DNA of 64,000 bases from Mayamaea pseudoterrestris (taxonomy: Eukaryota), in NCBI GenBank assembly GCA_027923505.1, contig BROI01000021.1, forward strand, positions 496,001 to 560,000. The letters run 5' to 3'. The notes beneath the pieces are model-generated. The model saw only the letters and a program-made list of their open reading frames with translations. It had not been told where the DNA came from and did no database searches. The position numbers and the translations under genes are program-made. Within the stretch, counting starts at the first letter, position 1. Each line of letters starts with the position of its first letter. Of this stretch, positions 54,051 through 64,000 are shown one piece after another.

Positions 54051-56477
54051 ATGATGAAAGAATTTTCCTTTCTTCTTGTTCTGTCGACTGTATGTTTGCT
54101 GCCATTCGTCGTTCGCGGTGGCAGCGGCTCCGATGAGCTTGACTCGCTGTTGAATCAGCCATTCGCAGCTTCTGTCACAAAACTCCAGCATGCTCCATGT
54201 ACGACTTTGTTTTACCGAGATGGCCGCGTCGGATGCGGAACGCAGGAGCGCTCCAATCAAGTCGGGGAGCTGGTCTACTTTGGCGGAAGCAGCAACGGAT
54301 TGTCGGGTCGAGATGAACCCTACGTGGCCGTCATGGAGGACTATATGCTGACAGCCAAAAGCTTAAATACTCTCTTAGCTGCTCGAAAGAATAATGGGCT
54401 GTTACAAGGCATTTTGGTACTCAACGCGACCAATCATGAGGATGATACGAAGGATGCGGATGATGCATCCAATACGCATAGATCACCAGATGCGCAGGCT
54501 CCGCAAGGTTACGGCACGCCATCGGAACAACTCAGCAGCTGCAATGGCATGAACAATTATGCGTATGCGTGGAACAGCAAAGGAGAAGGACTCTTTCACT
54601 ATGATCTATTTGGATTACCTATGGCCTATGTGTTGGACTCGGACGTTTCAGATGCCTTGCGACTTGAATCCCAGCTAGCGAAATCGTCATCGACTTCGAC
54701 GACATCATCTTCACACAGTACCAGCAGTGTTGTTGCCGATTTTAACTATTATATGGGCATGGACGGCATTAATAGCAAGCAGTGTTTGGCATGGAAGGAT
54801 GCAGCGACGGGTGATTGGGTGCCGAAGTGCTTGCCTCTCGGTGGTACAAGTGTCTGGGCATCTGCTGGTTCACCGTCTCTCTCTTCGGCACCGTCATCAA
54901 GCGCCAGTAGTAGCAATGGCGGTGAAGGCCGGTCTGTCGTCATGGTGGCGGGGTCAATGGATTCAACGAGCTTGTTTCATGACGTTGTTCCTGGGGCAAA
55001 CACGGCGGCGTCAAACATTCTCACATTGTTGATGGCAGCGAAATTGATAGGAGATAATGTTGACGATGATACTTTGGATGGACTGACAAGCCAAATTGTC
55101 TTTGCCTTGTTCCAGGGAGAATCCTTTGGTTTTTTGGGGTCGCGCTCCTTCCTGCGCGATGTCACCAGCTTTTCCTGCAACGGATCACCCGTTCGATCTG
55201 TCTATCGTATGGGCGATAAGTCTGATTACGCATGTTTAAATCCAGTCCGTCCAAGTCTCGCATTTACAGGACTTGGAACCATCAATGGAATGATTTCCGT
55301 TGATCAGGTTGGCCATGAAGTCGCCAGTGGATTATTATATGTTCACGCCGACAACAACAATGACAAGTTTGGCAAATTTCTGTCAAATGTCATGCTCAGC
55401 TCGAGTACCAGTGCCGTATCGGTAGCCAAAGCGTCAACCAATAACAATGGCAATGGATACCCGTATCCACCGACCCCGCTGACGTCTCTCCTTTCTGTGT
55501 CGGAAGGCGCAATTGGCGGCGCTGTGTTGACGGGCTATGACTATGCGTTCACAACTAAGGTTCCGTACCACTCACACATGGACTCTGCTACGGTGAACTC
55601 GATCAAAATTGATTCCATAGCTGGAGCTGCTACAATATTAGCTCGTGCCGCTGTTGCTGCTGCATACGATGGGGCCGTCAACTACGATTCCGACACGGCG
55701 TCGGCCTATGCGGCAAATCTCATTCCAGAGTTGAGCGAATCTGACTCGACCCTAAAGCAGCTGGCTAATTGTCTGTATCAGAATGCAGGCTGCTCGCTTA
55801 TCAGAACGTATGCCAGTGTGGAAATGGCGAATGAACGAGCGCGCACTGGGCTGGGCTTGGGCAGTGGAGTAGCGTTCGACAGTAATGGGCGTCAACCAAA
55901 CTATTTTTCAGGAGTATACAATGGATATTACGGACAACCGTTTGTGCAAGTTGGCGATGGTATTTACGGAGCATACGACGGAAGGGATTACGGTAAGAAG
56001 CAAACGGACGCCGTCGGTATCGTACCACGACAGTTGTCGAGTGCATTGCGTGGAATATTGAATGACTTTTTGGGAAGAGGCAAGATTAAAAGCACCGGCG
56101 CTAAATTCATCACGTGCGAAAAGCTTTCTGACTGCGACGATGTCGAGTATTGTCCGAATAATAATGAGACGCCGACTTGCACTGGTGGAGGTGTCTGCGT
56201 CTGCGGTCGTGCACACTATCACATGGCTTTGGACGAAGCCCTCCAGCCAGCAAATGGCATGCCGACGGGCTACTTTGAAGTTTCTGCCAGCGACGAGGGC
56301 TTAACGCCCATTTGGACTGAGCCGTTTTGGTCAAATGATGTTGGCGTCCAGATTTATCGGCAAGTTGGATGGATGCCTGGCTTCTTCACTCTCGTGGCTG
56401 GCCTGGCAGCTGCAGGAATATCCATGTTTGGAGCATTTGTGCTCAAGGTTGGCCTAAAGAAAGAGAAGCTCTACTGA
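54051..56477 (+). CDS. NCSTN: Nicastrin (gamma-secretase subunit)
   Basis: Signal peptide, PC..L......GC, C.PLGG.SVW, MDS.S.F.D..PGA, F.GESFG.LGS, PP..L.S, YHS..D, WTE..W, C-terminal TM. Confidence 0.9.
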   Translation: MMKEFSFLLVLSTVCLLPFVVRGGSGSDELDSLLNQPFAASVTKLQHAPCTTLFYRDGRVGCGTQERSNQVGELVYFGGSSNGLSGRDEPYVAVMEDYMLTAKSLNTLLAARKNNGLLQGILVLNATNHEDDTKDADDASNTHRSPDAQAPQGYGTPSEQLSSCNGMNNYAYAWNSKGEGLFHYDLFGLPMAYVLDSDVSDALRLESQLAKSSSTSTTSSSHSTSSVVADFNYYMGMDGINSKQCLAWKDAATGDWVPKCLPLGGTSVWASAGSPSLSSAPSSSASSSNGGEGRSVVMVAGSMDSTSLFHDVVPGANTAASNILTLLMAAKLIGDNVDDDTLDGLTSQIVFALFQGESFGFLGSRSFLRDVTSFSCNGSPVRSVYRMGDKSDYACLNPVRPSLAFTGLGTINGMISVDQVGHEVASGLLYVHADNNNDKFGKFLSNVMLSSSTSAVSVAKASTNNNGNGYPYPPTPLTSLLSVSEGAIGGAVLTGYDYAFTTKVPYHSHMDSATVNSIKIDSIAGAATILARAAVAAAYDGAVNYDSDTASAYAANLIPELSESDSTLKQLANCLYQNAGCSLIRTYASVEMANERARTGLGLGSGVAFDSNGRQPNYFSGVYNGYYGQPFVQVGDGIYGAYDGRDYGKKQTDAVGIVPRQLSSALRGILNDFLGRGKIKSTGAKFITCEKLSDCDDVEYCPNNNETPTCTGGGVCVCGRAHYHMALDEALQPANGMPTGYFEVSASDEGLTPIWTEPFWSNDVGVQIYRQVGWMPGFFTLVAGLAAAGISMFGAFVLKVGLKKEKLY

Positions 56478-56820
56478 TTAAAATCGTTAATGATCAGCGC
56501 ACAGACAAGACATTCCTGGTTCATTAGTTAACTCCTCGTCTGTCGGTGTTTATAAGAATTTGATAGCCGTACTGATGTCAACGACGTTATTTCGTTATTT
56601 GTGGTACATCGCAACTCTTCAAGTAGTTATAACAGGCAGTGCAAGTGTCTCAAAAGACTTGGGCAAAAGCCCGTACACTATGCTCTACTGGAGACCGTTC
56701 GTCGCCGTACGGTAGTCACAGTTAAACCAGTGCGACGCACGACGCGCCGTCGATCCGTTTCAACTTGTTCGTCATGCCACCCACGGCCATTCGTTCACAA
56801 GCAAGACCTACAGGATCACC

Positions 56821-58641
56821 ATGGAGGAAATATTCAATCTTCTGACCTCCTCAGCTCGTTTGAAAAAGGAGAAACGCCCAAAATTCAAGCAACAGCCTTC
56901 GAAGCAGGTTCGTGAGTCGGAGAGACCGAGGGATGAGACTCTTGCCGACGCTCAGGACGTTGATCGCTCTATCCTCGCATCTCGGGATCGGACTGGGAAG
57001 CGAGATCTGTCAGATGAGAAACGAGACCAAGTGCATCGTGAGCAAGTTACGGCCTTTCGAAACTCCATGGGTATTCGCATTGCCAATTATGATCATGAGT
57101 CGCACCTGTCGGACCCGCTAGCTAATTTCAAGGAGCTGTCCGCTCCGTCATGGTGGAAGCAACGTGCAGAAGACATGAAGCTGTTTGAGCAGCTGCGGAA
57201 TACTCTTTTAGTGAACATTGAGCAGGGGCGGTGGAAAGAACCAACGCCGATTCAGATGCAAGCGATTCCATGCCTTATGGAACGACGCGACTTGATTGGC
57301 GCAGCTTGTACAGGAAGTGGCAAGAGCGGAGCATTCATTGTTCCAACTATTCTGTTGACTGGGGTTTCAAACGAGCTGTTTTATGGCGACACTGACGTTT
57401 CACGCGGACTTATAAAAAAGAGTGAAACAATCAACTCTCGACAAGGTGAAATTCGAGGGCTGATTCTCGCACCATCAATGGAATTGGCCGGGCAATTGCA
57501 TAGGGAATGCGAGCGACTAACTATGAATCTACCAGGTGGTCGCTCCTGTTTGCTACTGTCCAAATCGAACGCCCCTAATGTGATTGCGGGGTCTGTTGGA
57601 GGGAAGCGTGGACTTGATATACTAATAGCTACACCGCTCCGACTTGTTGACTCGATTCACAAGGGATTACGACTTGATGTCGTTCGGATTGTTATTTTGG
57701 ACGAAAGTGATCGACTCCTCGATGCTGCCGATGGACAGTACAGTTTGTGCAAGCAATCTGACCTTATCAACGCGAAAAATGCGACGCAAGGCTCAGCAGC
57801 GGTATCGGGATCTTCGCAAACCCTTTCGTTCCTATCGCAAATGGACGCTATATTGGCCGAAATCCCAGTGACTGCCACTCGCGCGTTGTTCTCGGCAACT
57901 GTTACACCAACGGTCCGATTCTTAGCAGAGTCTTTTCTTAGAGATCCGGTAGATTTAATTGTGCGGGCATCCACGGCACCAGGTGGGGCGAATCCGGATA
58001 TTATGCAGAATCTTATGTTTGTGGGACGAGAAGAAGGGAAGCTTTTGGCGATACGGCAGCTTGCACAGCGCGGCGAGCTGCGACCTCCTGTCATTGTATT
58101 TTTGCAAAGCAAAGAACGAGCGCAGGCGCTCTTTAGTGAGTTGCTTTACGATGGAATTCATGTGGATGTTATACACGCGGGGCGATCGAAGGCGGCTAGA
58201 GACAATGCAGTGGCCAGATTTCGGCGTGGGGACACGTGGGTCTTGATTGCCACAGACCTTGTAGCCAGAGGTGTGGATTTTCGGGCGGTGAACATGGTGA
58301 TAAACTATGACCTTCCAGAGTCAGGCATCACATACATTCATCGGATTGGTCGGTGCGGGCGAGCCGGGAGAAAAGGCGACGCAATAACATTATTCACAGA
58401 GTCTGACTTCCCTAATCTTCGCACGATTGCTAATGTTATGAAGCAGAGCGGATGTCAGGTTGAAGACTGGATGCTTCACTTGCCCTCGCAACGACCAGGC
58501 CAGTGGAAACAAAATCGACCTCGCCCGAGCATTGATACGACGCCTTCTTACGATAAGGAAAAGAAACGCAAAAAACGAGAGGTGGTTGCAGAAAGCAAAA
58601 AATTGTTGGTGAAGGGTAAAACTAATACTTATATAAATTAG
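56821..58641 (+). CDS. ROK1: DEAD-box RNA helicase ROK1/DDX52
   Basis: PTPIQMQAIP, TGSGKS, ATPLRL, DESD, FSAT, G.EEGKLLA.RQ, PPV.VF.QSKERA, W.LIATDL.ARG.DF, HRIGR.GRAG. Confidence 0.9.
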   Translation: MEEIFNLLTSSARLKKEKRPKFKQQPSKQVRESERPRDETLADAQDVDRSILASRDRTGKRDLSDEKRDQVHREQVTAFRNSMGIRIANYDHESHLSDPLANFKELSAPSWWKQRAEDMKLFEQLRNTLLVNIEQGRWKEPTPIQMQAIPCLMERRDLIGAACTGSGKSGAFIVPTILLTGVSNELFYGDTDVSRGLIKKSETINSRQGEIRGLILAPSMELAGQLHRECERLTMNLPGGRSCLLLSKSNAPNVIAGSVGGKRGLDILIATPLRLVDSIHKGLRLDVVRIVILDESDRLLDAADGQYSLCKQSDLINAKNATQGSAAVSGSSQTLSFLSQMDAILAEIPVTATRALFSATVTPTVRFLAESFLRDPVDLIVRASTAPGGANPDIMQNLMFVGREEGKLLAIRQLAQRGELRPPVIVFLQSKERAQALFSELLYDGIHVDVIHAGRSKAARDNAVARFRRGDTWVLIATDLVARGVDFRAVNMVINYDLPESGITYIHRIGRCGRAGRKGDAITLFTESDFPNLRTIANVMKQSGCQVEDWMLHLPSQRPGQWKQNRPRPSIDTTPSYDKEKKRKKREVVAESKKLLVKGKTNTYIN

Positions 58642-61544
58642 CTACTACCGCTGTTGGTGCGAAAAGTTTTGCGGAAAACATCCACTTTCTGGCGCATCTG
58701 ATAAAGATCTCTAGCCACTGTAGATCCTTGGTCTTGAAGCCCTTGAATCCGCTCTTGGACAATGGACGCCCCAGTCACACCGGTCGTAACTCCCTTCAAC
58801 GCCTGATCTGCGTCGAGTCCAAACTTTTCTAGCCATCCAGCTTGTTGCGATCGACTGTATCCTTTCAAAGAAAGGACGAGAACAAAGTCTTGCGCAGTTC
58901 CATCGCTCCATTGAGCCTTAAAATTGTCCACAAGCAACGTTTCTGGGGTGCCGACAAGTTTTAGCAATATCTCGAGCCTCATAAATTGTTTACTAACCAT
59001 TTTTGAGTACATAGCCGGAGCTATCGTTGATCCAGTGGCTAGCGGTTTCTTTCCAGGTACCCCTGTTGGCGCAACTTCCTCTATAATAGGCAGCTTTTGA
59101 AACAGCGTCTTCAAGTTATAAACATCCAACAAAAGCTGCTGGCTGCCAGGCTCGCTGATATTCTTTAGTCGTGTGAGGTAATAATTGTATGTCACGATGA
59201 AGTTTGATGCGAACTTGTCGCAAAAAGTTCTGAAATACGAAATAGGCAGCAAGCTTCGAACTTGAATGACATATGGTTCAATTTCGTCGTGCATCGTTCG
59301 GACGTATGCACTCTCTTCACCCGCTGAATCCATGCCGCCATCTCCGGCAGTCCAGTTGTGAGACAACATCGGTTTGAGCCCGTCTTCCACTCTGCGCGTG
59401 AGTCCCGAAACAAGAACGCGGATTGATTTTGCAGTTATGTCGTGATATACTTCCTGATCAGACATCATGTCGATCTTGCTCTTGAATTCGCTGTCGATCA
59501 TGTCGCGAATGAGTTCCTCTAGTGCTTCAAGCGTATCGGCGCAGTACTCGCAGGTAGATACAACGTGACAGACTGTTACTTCTTCTCCCATCGGAACGCG
59601 ATAATGCGCAGAGATAGCGTTGTCAACTCGCTGCTGTTGCCCAAACGTACCGCCAATAGAAAGAGCCCCTCCAGGACTCTGAGCAGCAATCGGTAGCTTA
59701 CGATCAAGGACCAACGCATACTTCCGCAGTGCATCTTTAAATGCTCTACATAGCATGAAAAAAACCTTTCCTTTTGACAGTGCTGTGCAGCGCGTGATGC
59801 TCCCTTTTATGTACACGAAGAGGTTCGTCGAACTAGTAAACACCGGGCGCTCGCCGCGGGTGTCGACGGTGCGGTCTTCCAATGCCTCCTTGAGTAGATC
59901 CGTCAAATTCTGCTCCTCAAGTGAAATGTATGGGCGCATATAATTCTGAAAAGCGCCAGATGCAATGCCGATCAGCGGCGTCGTCGCTTGGCTTGTCTGC
60001 GACTCATCCAGCCCGATATCCTGGTCTCCTTTTCGAAGAAAAACTGTGCCACATTCATTTTGAAGCCATCCAGTGATATCCTTTTCAAAAACGATTGATG
60101 TCTGCAGTGCTTTCAGTAAGATGGTGGCATTGTTCGCGTCATCGTCCTTACTGGGCCCACTCAAAAGAGCGAGTATGTGATCGCGCGTCTGTCCGTGCAG
60201 AAAGCCTTTAATAGTGAGAAGAGCCATCGACAGTAACAGCATACATCAGAAATAGACATGTTTTAATTAACTTACCACTTTCAGAAAGTACCGCGCCATG
60301 GATGCATGCAAATTCCAACCGGCTGGAAAAACCGCTGGAAACTTGCGATCAATTTTTTGAATCGTTTGCTGGAACCAATGAAACCGCATTTCTAATTTGT
60401 CAAGTCCCGAAACCTTTTCCTTCTCATCATCCATTGGCGCTTGAATTTTAAAGCTCGAGACTCGCTTCTCATGCAGCTTATGATCATTGGACGACGGCTC
60501 AAACGTCAACACATACGACGCCAAGTGATCCTGGCAAAATCCGCAAATAAAAGCATCGCGAACCGTAGGTCCTAAAGCGTCAATAAGCGCAACACCTCCG
60601 CGCATGACGTCTGGAGTCATTATTGGAGTTGTGGGTGACTGCTGACGCAAATGGTCACCTTCGTCATTCTCATGATCACAGCAGTCGAGAAGAGACTCGT
60701 CATCATGCGCCTTTGTTTTCGCTTTTCCTTCCATTTCCATCGTCTTTTGCAACCCAAAACCAGCGATGCGAACTCCTTGCACCAAGCTTGTTTTCAAGAA
60801 TTCTTGAAACCCAGTGATGCGCTTTGAAAGCAATCGCATCGGCTGGACTTTGTGCGTATATCCACTAAAGTAGTCCATAAGAAGGTTTGTCGCTTCAACA
60901 AGTTGCGACGCACTTAAAAAGTCTGGATATGGTTCACTCAAGCAGCAGATTCGTAACTGCTCGACTGCATTGACCAGCATGTGAAGTCGCTTTAAGCTCG
61001 TAATGGTTTGCTGCAAGTGCTGCTTTGCATAGTCAAGCCGCTTCATGTCTTGCGTAATTCTTAAGACGGCAGATTCACTTTGTGAAGCTTTGTCTCGGAC
61101 TTGAAGTATGCGATGCTGGAGTTCTTTGACAGACGACTTGGCTTGCTGGACGTGACGTCGGGTAGAATCTGCCGTTTCTGATTGTCGTTGAAGGGCATTG
61201 TTTATGCGGTCGTCTAGCCGATAAATCTTTTCGGCGACAGCTTCACGAAGAAGCGGAAGTTGCTGAACCAAAGCAGCTTCAGAACAATAGTGCTTGTTGA
61301 GAAAGTCAATGGGTTCAAATCCCGCAGCTTCGGTCTCATCAATGCTTAATTTGGAAATATCCAATTTGGCAGTAAAGGCGGACGGTTGCTGCAGCGAGGT
61401 CGAAGCGAGAGAACTGAGCAGCTGCACTGGATCTGGAGCATGGTTTGGGGCCATTGGAGGACCTGATTGCGAGACTGATGGCCTGGTTTTTACCCTGGAG
61501 AGTGAAGACGGATGAAGTGACGTCGGCGAAGGCGCCATGGTCAT
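58638..61544 (-). CDS. VPS53: GARP/EARP complex subunit VPS53, 2 exons
   Basis: IT.D.KRLD.AK..L...IT.LKRL.ML, L..L..RF.WF, .FP..W, F.SS..LF.YIK, G.QQLLLD..LK; intron 60189-60275; first ATG 61544 (ORF opens at TTG 61610). Confidence 0.9.
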
Positions 61545-61698
61545 TCGTTGTGTGGAGGATGGCACAGTCTCTTCTGTCGCACCGCCGACATCTGTCGGTC
61601 CGGTACTCAATCACTGATGAGGGCGCTGCGCGTTGCGAACTTTTTCTTTCGGAAACCACTGGCAACCCACCCGCGCACTTCAAAGAGTGGAAAGTGCC

Positions 61699-62849
61699 AT
61701 GGACAGTTACAAGGTGATCAAAGCACTTGGACAAGGCACATGGGGTGTTGTACATCAGGTGCGTACAGAGAGAAAATCGATCCGTCTCGGGATTGCACTC
61801 TGTAGTCTTTGCCTCGAAGCATCCTTTTTCGCAGCCAAGGTGCTTCGTGCTTGACTAGTTTTGATGGCATTACCTTATGAAACTATGTAATTAACGTTCT
61901 GAAACAGGCTGAACAAAAAGGGACGGGTCGCATCGTCGCAATCAAGAAAATCAAGTCGGAGCGACCAGAAGAAGGCGTTAACTTTACTGCCGTTCGCGAG
62001 ATAAAGCTTCTCCGTGAGTTCAAACACGAACATATCATTGACCTGGTCGACTGTTTCACTACACCCGATCAAGCTGTCTGTCTCGTATATGAATGTGCCT
62101 ATACGGATCTTGAGAAGATCTTAAACAACAAGGCGATACCCTTGTCTATGGCAGACATCAAGCGTCACATTCTATCATTGCTCAGCGCCGTTGCTGCATG
62201 CCACGAACGATTCATATTGCACCGAGATATTAAGGTAAGAACATAAACGGCTTGCCATGCTCGACACTACTTATTGCTTCATTCTCATTGATTGCTTCTC
62301 ACGCTTTCTACGGTTCAGCCCGATAATATGCTTTTTCTAAAAGATGGAACGATGAAATTAGCTGATTTTGGTTTGAGTCGCATGTACGGGACACCTAAAA
62401 CGCGGTTAAGCCCACAAGCGATCACTCTTTGGTATAAGCCGCCCGAATTATTGCTCGGAGCATACGAGTATTCTTCATCGGCAGACATCTGGAGTGTTGG
62501 ATGCATTTTTGCAGAGTTGCTGCTCCGACGGCCGTTTCTGCAGGGCAAGAACTCGGATATCAGTCAGCTTGACACAATTTTTACCGTTTTTGGTACGCCC
62601 AATCAGACAAATTGGCCTGATCACGAGACACTTCCTCTTTGTGCCAGAGGCTTGGCGTGGGACGAAACCACGCCGATACCATTTGATGAGATATTCACGG
62701 CTGCTCCCAAGGATGCAATCAGTTTGTTGCGCAGCATTTTGGTGTTGGATCCAAACATGCGCTTTTCGGCATCGCAAGCACTTAGTCATCCATATTTATC
62801 GAATGATCCACCACCTACAGTTAAGGAGAATCTTGTGTTGACGGCGTAG
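61699..62849 (+). CDS. CDK7: CDK7/CDKD-type cyclin-dependent kinase (TFIIH/CAK), 3 exons
   Basis: Introns 61759-61907 and 62235-62318; LGQGTWG, VAIKKI, GVNFTAVREIKLL, HRDIKPDN, DFGL, WYKPPELL.G. Confidence 0.85.
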
Positions 62850-62946
62850 TACAAGAGTCGTCTGTAAGGTGCATTAAACTAGTGTGGTATGGTCAAAACA
62901 ACCACACAATTATGCTTATGGTTAAGGTAGATCGAATCTGAAGTAT

Positions 62947-64000
62947 TTAGAAATCCGAGTCGCTTTCCATGTCGCTTGCGGAGTCCTCGTCATCCGAATC
63001 GTCTAAAGTGTACGCCTTTGGCAAGACAGCACGAGAATGGCGCGGCAAGCGAGAGGCTGGCTGCTTCCGAGACTCGTCGTCGCTGTCACCTCTAAAATCG
63101 AGATCTGAGTCCATGTGGTCATTCTTGCTTGTCGCTTCCTTCTTGCGCGCTCGTTTGACCGGTTGGACTAGTTTCGTCGACTTCGTAGTAGGCGTTAGCG
63201 ACGCCTCGACAAGCATCTCATCATCAAGCACTTCTACAGAATCTTCAGACTCTAAATCAGCCATCTTGGGTGAAGGACGCTTGTGTTTGATTGGCTTAGG
63301 CTGTAACACTTTGAGAGGCGGAGAAACTTGCACCTTCTTGATACGCTCCATGAGGCTCATAGACTTGTCAGAGACATCGCTGTCGCTGTCGATCTCAAAA
63401 GCTGCCTTCGTTGCAGCTGCAGGAGCTACTTTAGTCGTAGCCTTCGCTTTAGCAGCTGGCTTACTGGCCGTTTTGGTAGCCACAAAAGATGTCTTGCCCT
63501 TCGCAAAAGTCATTGTGCGGTCGAAGGTCGGCTTTCGCATGACTGGCATGGAAATTGACTTGTCGTCGTTAGAATCAACCTCCATCACATCGTCATCCGA
63601 TGACGTTTCCTGATGGCTGTCCCATTCGTGAAAATTTTTCTTTTTGGTAATGGGTTTCTTTTTGTCCAATTTGGCGCGGTGCTTGGCATTTTTGACTTGG
63701 GCTCGCTTTTCGCCGTCAGCAGCAGCAGCCAGAGACAAGTCGCGCTCGTCGAGGGCCTTTTCAATGGCGTCAAGGTCGTTTGACCAAAGATGGTCAGGCG
63801 ATGTCAAGCGAAGAGAATCTAATTCTGCTGTTTTCTGCACAAGCAACACTTTGAGCGCATCAACCTTTTCCATTGTCAAGCTCCAGAGTTTCATGCCCAT
63901 CAAGTACTCGTAACCCTGACTGAGCTCTGACTGAGATTGCTCCATGTCCTCGCCGTCAACCTCTGCGTCACTCTTGATGTGATCGTCCTTGCTGCTATAC
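62947..64000 (-). CDS. TOP2: DNA topoisomerase II, C-terminal part (5' truncated by window edge)
   Basis: GYEYLMGMKLWSLT.EKV..L and P..LW..DL followed by a K/D/S-rich low-complexity CTD. Confidence 0.85.
   Translation of the reverse strand, partial: YSSKDDHIKSDAEVDGEDMEQSQSELSQGYEYLMGMKLWSLTMEKVDALKVLLVQKTAELDSLRLTSPDHLWSNDLDAIEKALDERDLSLAAAADGEKRAQVKNAKHRAKLDKKKPITKKKNFHEWDSHQETSSDDDVMEVDSNDDKSISMPVMRKPTFDRTMTFAKGKTSFVATKTASKPAAKAKATTKVAPAAATKAAFEIDSDSDVSDKSMSLMERIKKVQVSPPLKVLQPKPIKHKRPSPKMADLESEDSVEVLDDEMLVEASLTPTTKSTKLVQPVKRARKKEATSKNDHMDSDLDFRGDSDDESRKQPASRLPRHSRAVLPKAYTLDDSDDEDSASDMESDSDF

Noticed and set aside
62969..63613. Long antisense ORFs (also 13233-13898, 18687-19202, 45280-45804)
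   Set aside because: Shadow ORFs opposite real CDS, with Ser-rich mirror composition and no motifs
1..64000. Transposons, CRISPR arrays, rRNA or prokaryotic defence systems
   Set aside because: No transposase/RT ORFs, LTRs, TIRs, spacer arrays or rRNA signatures seen; the sequence is eukaryotic with spliceosomal introns

Overview
Gene-dense eukaryotic nuclear DNA, most likely from a pennate diatom. The evidence is bipartite ASAFAP-type plastid presequences, a theta-carbonic anhydrase, short GT-AG introns of 60-170 nt and intergenic gaps often under 100 bp. The window holds about 34 protein-coding genes, mostly housekeeping: TRM82/WDR4, PPIL1, CPSF3, CCT8, RAB3GAP2, RsmE, GcvH, MCM10, METTL5, BCAT, RPC4, nicastrin, ROK1/DDX52, VPS53, CDK7 and the 3' end of TOP2. 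I found no supportable rRNA, tRNA, transposon or CRISPR features. The most notable item is an apparently mitochondrion-targeted theta-CA (LCIB family) head-to-head with a divergent mitochondrial-carrier-like gene across a ~490-bp shared promoter with a CCRE-type ACGTCA element, echoing the Chlamydomonas LCID/E-CCP pairs. Other notable items are a convergent pair of paralogous small plastid proteins (one mostly missed by the ORF track), an LRR membrane protein with ~13 copies of an LE(R/Q)D(I/V)xxK motif, an RFTS-like orphan with an N-myristoylation-type start, and a 10-exon JmjC gene with an altered Fe-binding motif. All family assignments come from motif recognition by eye, not database searches.
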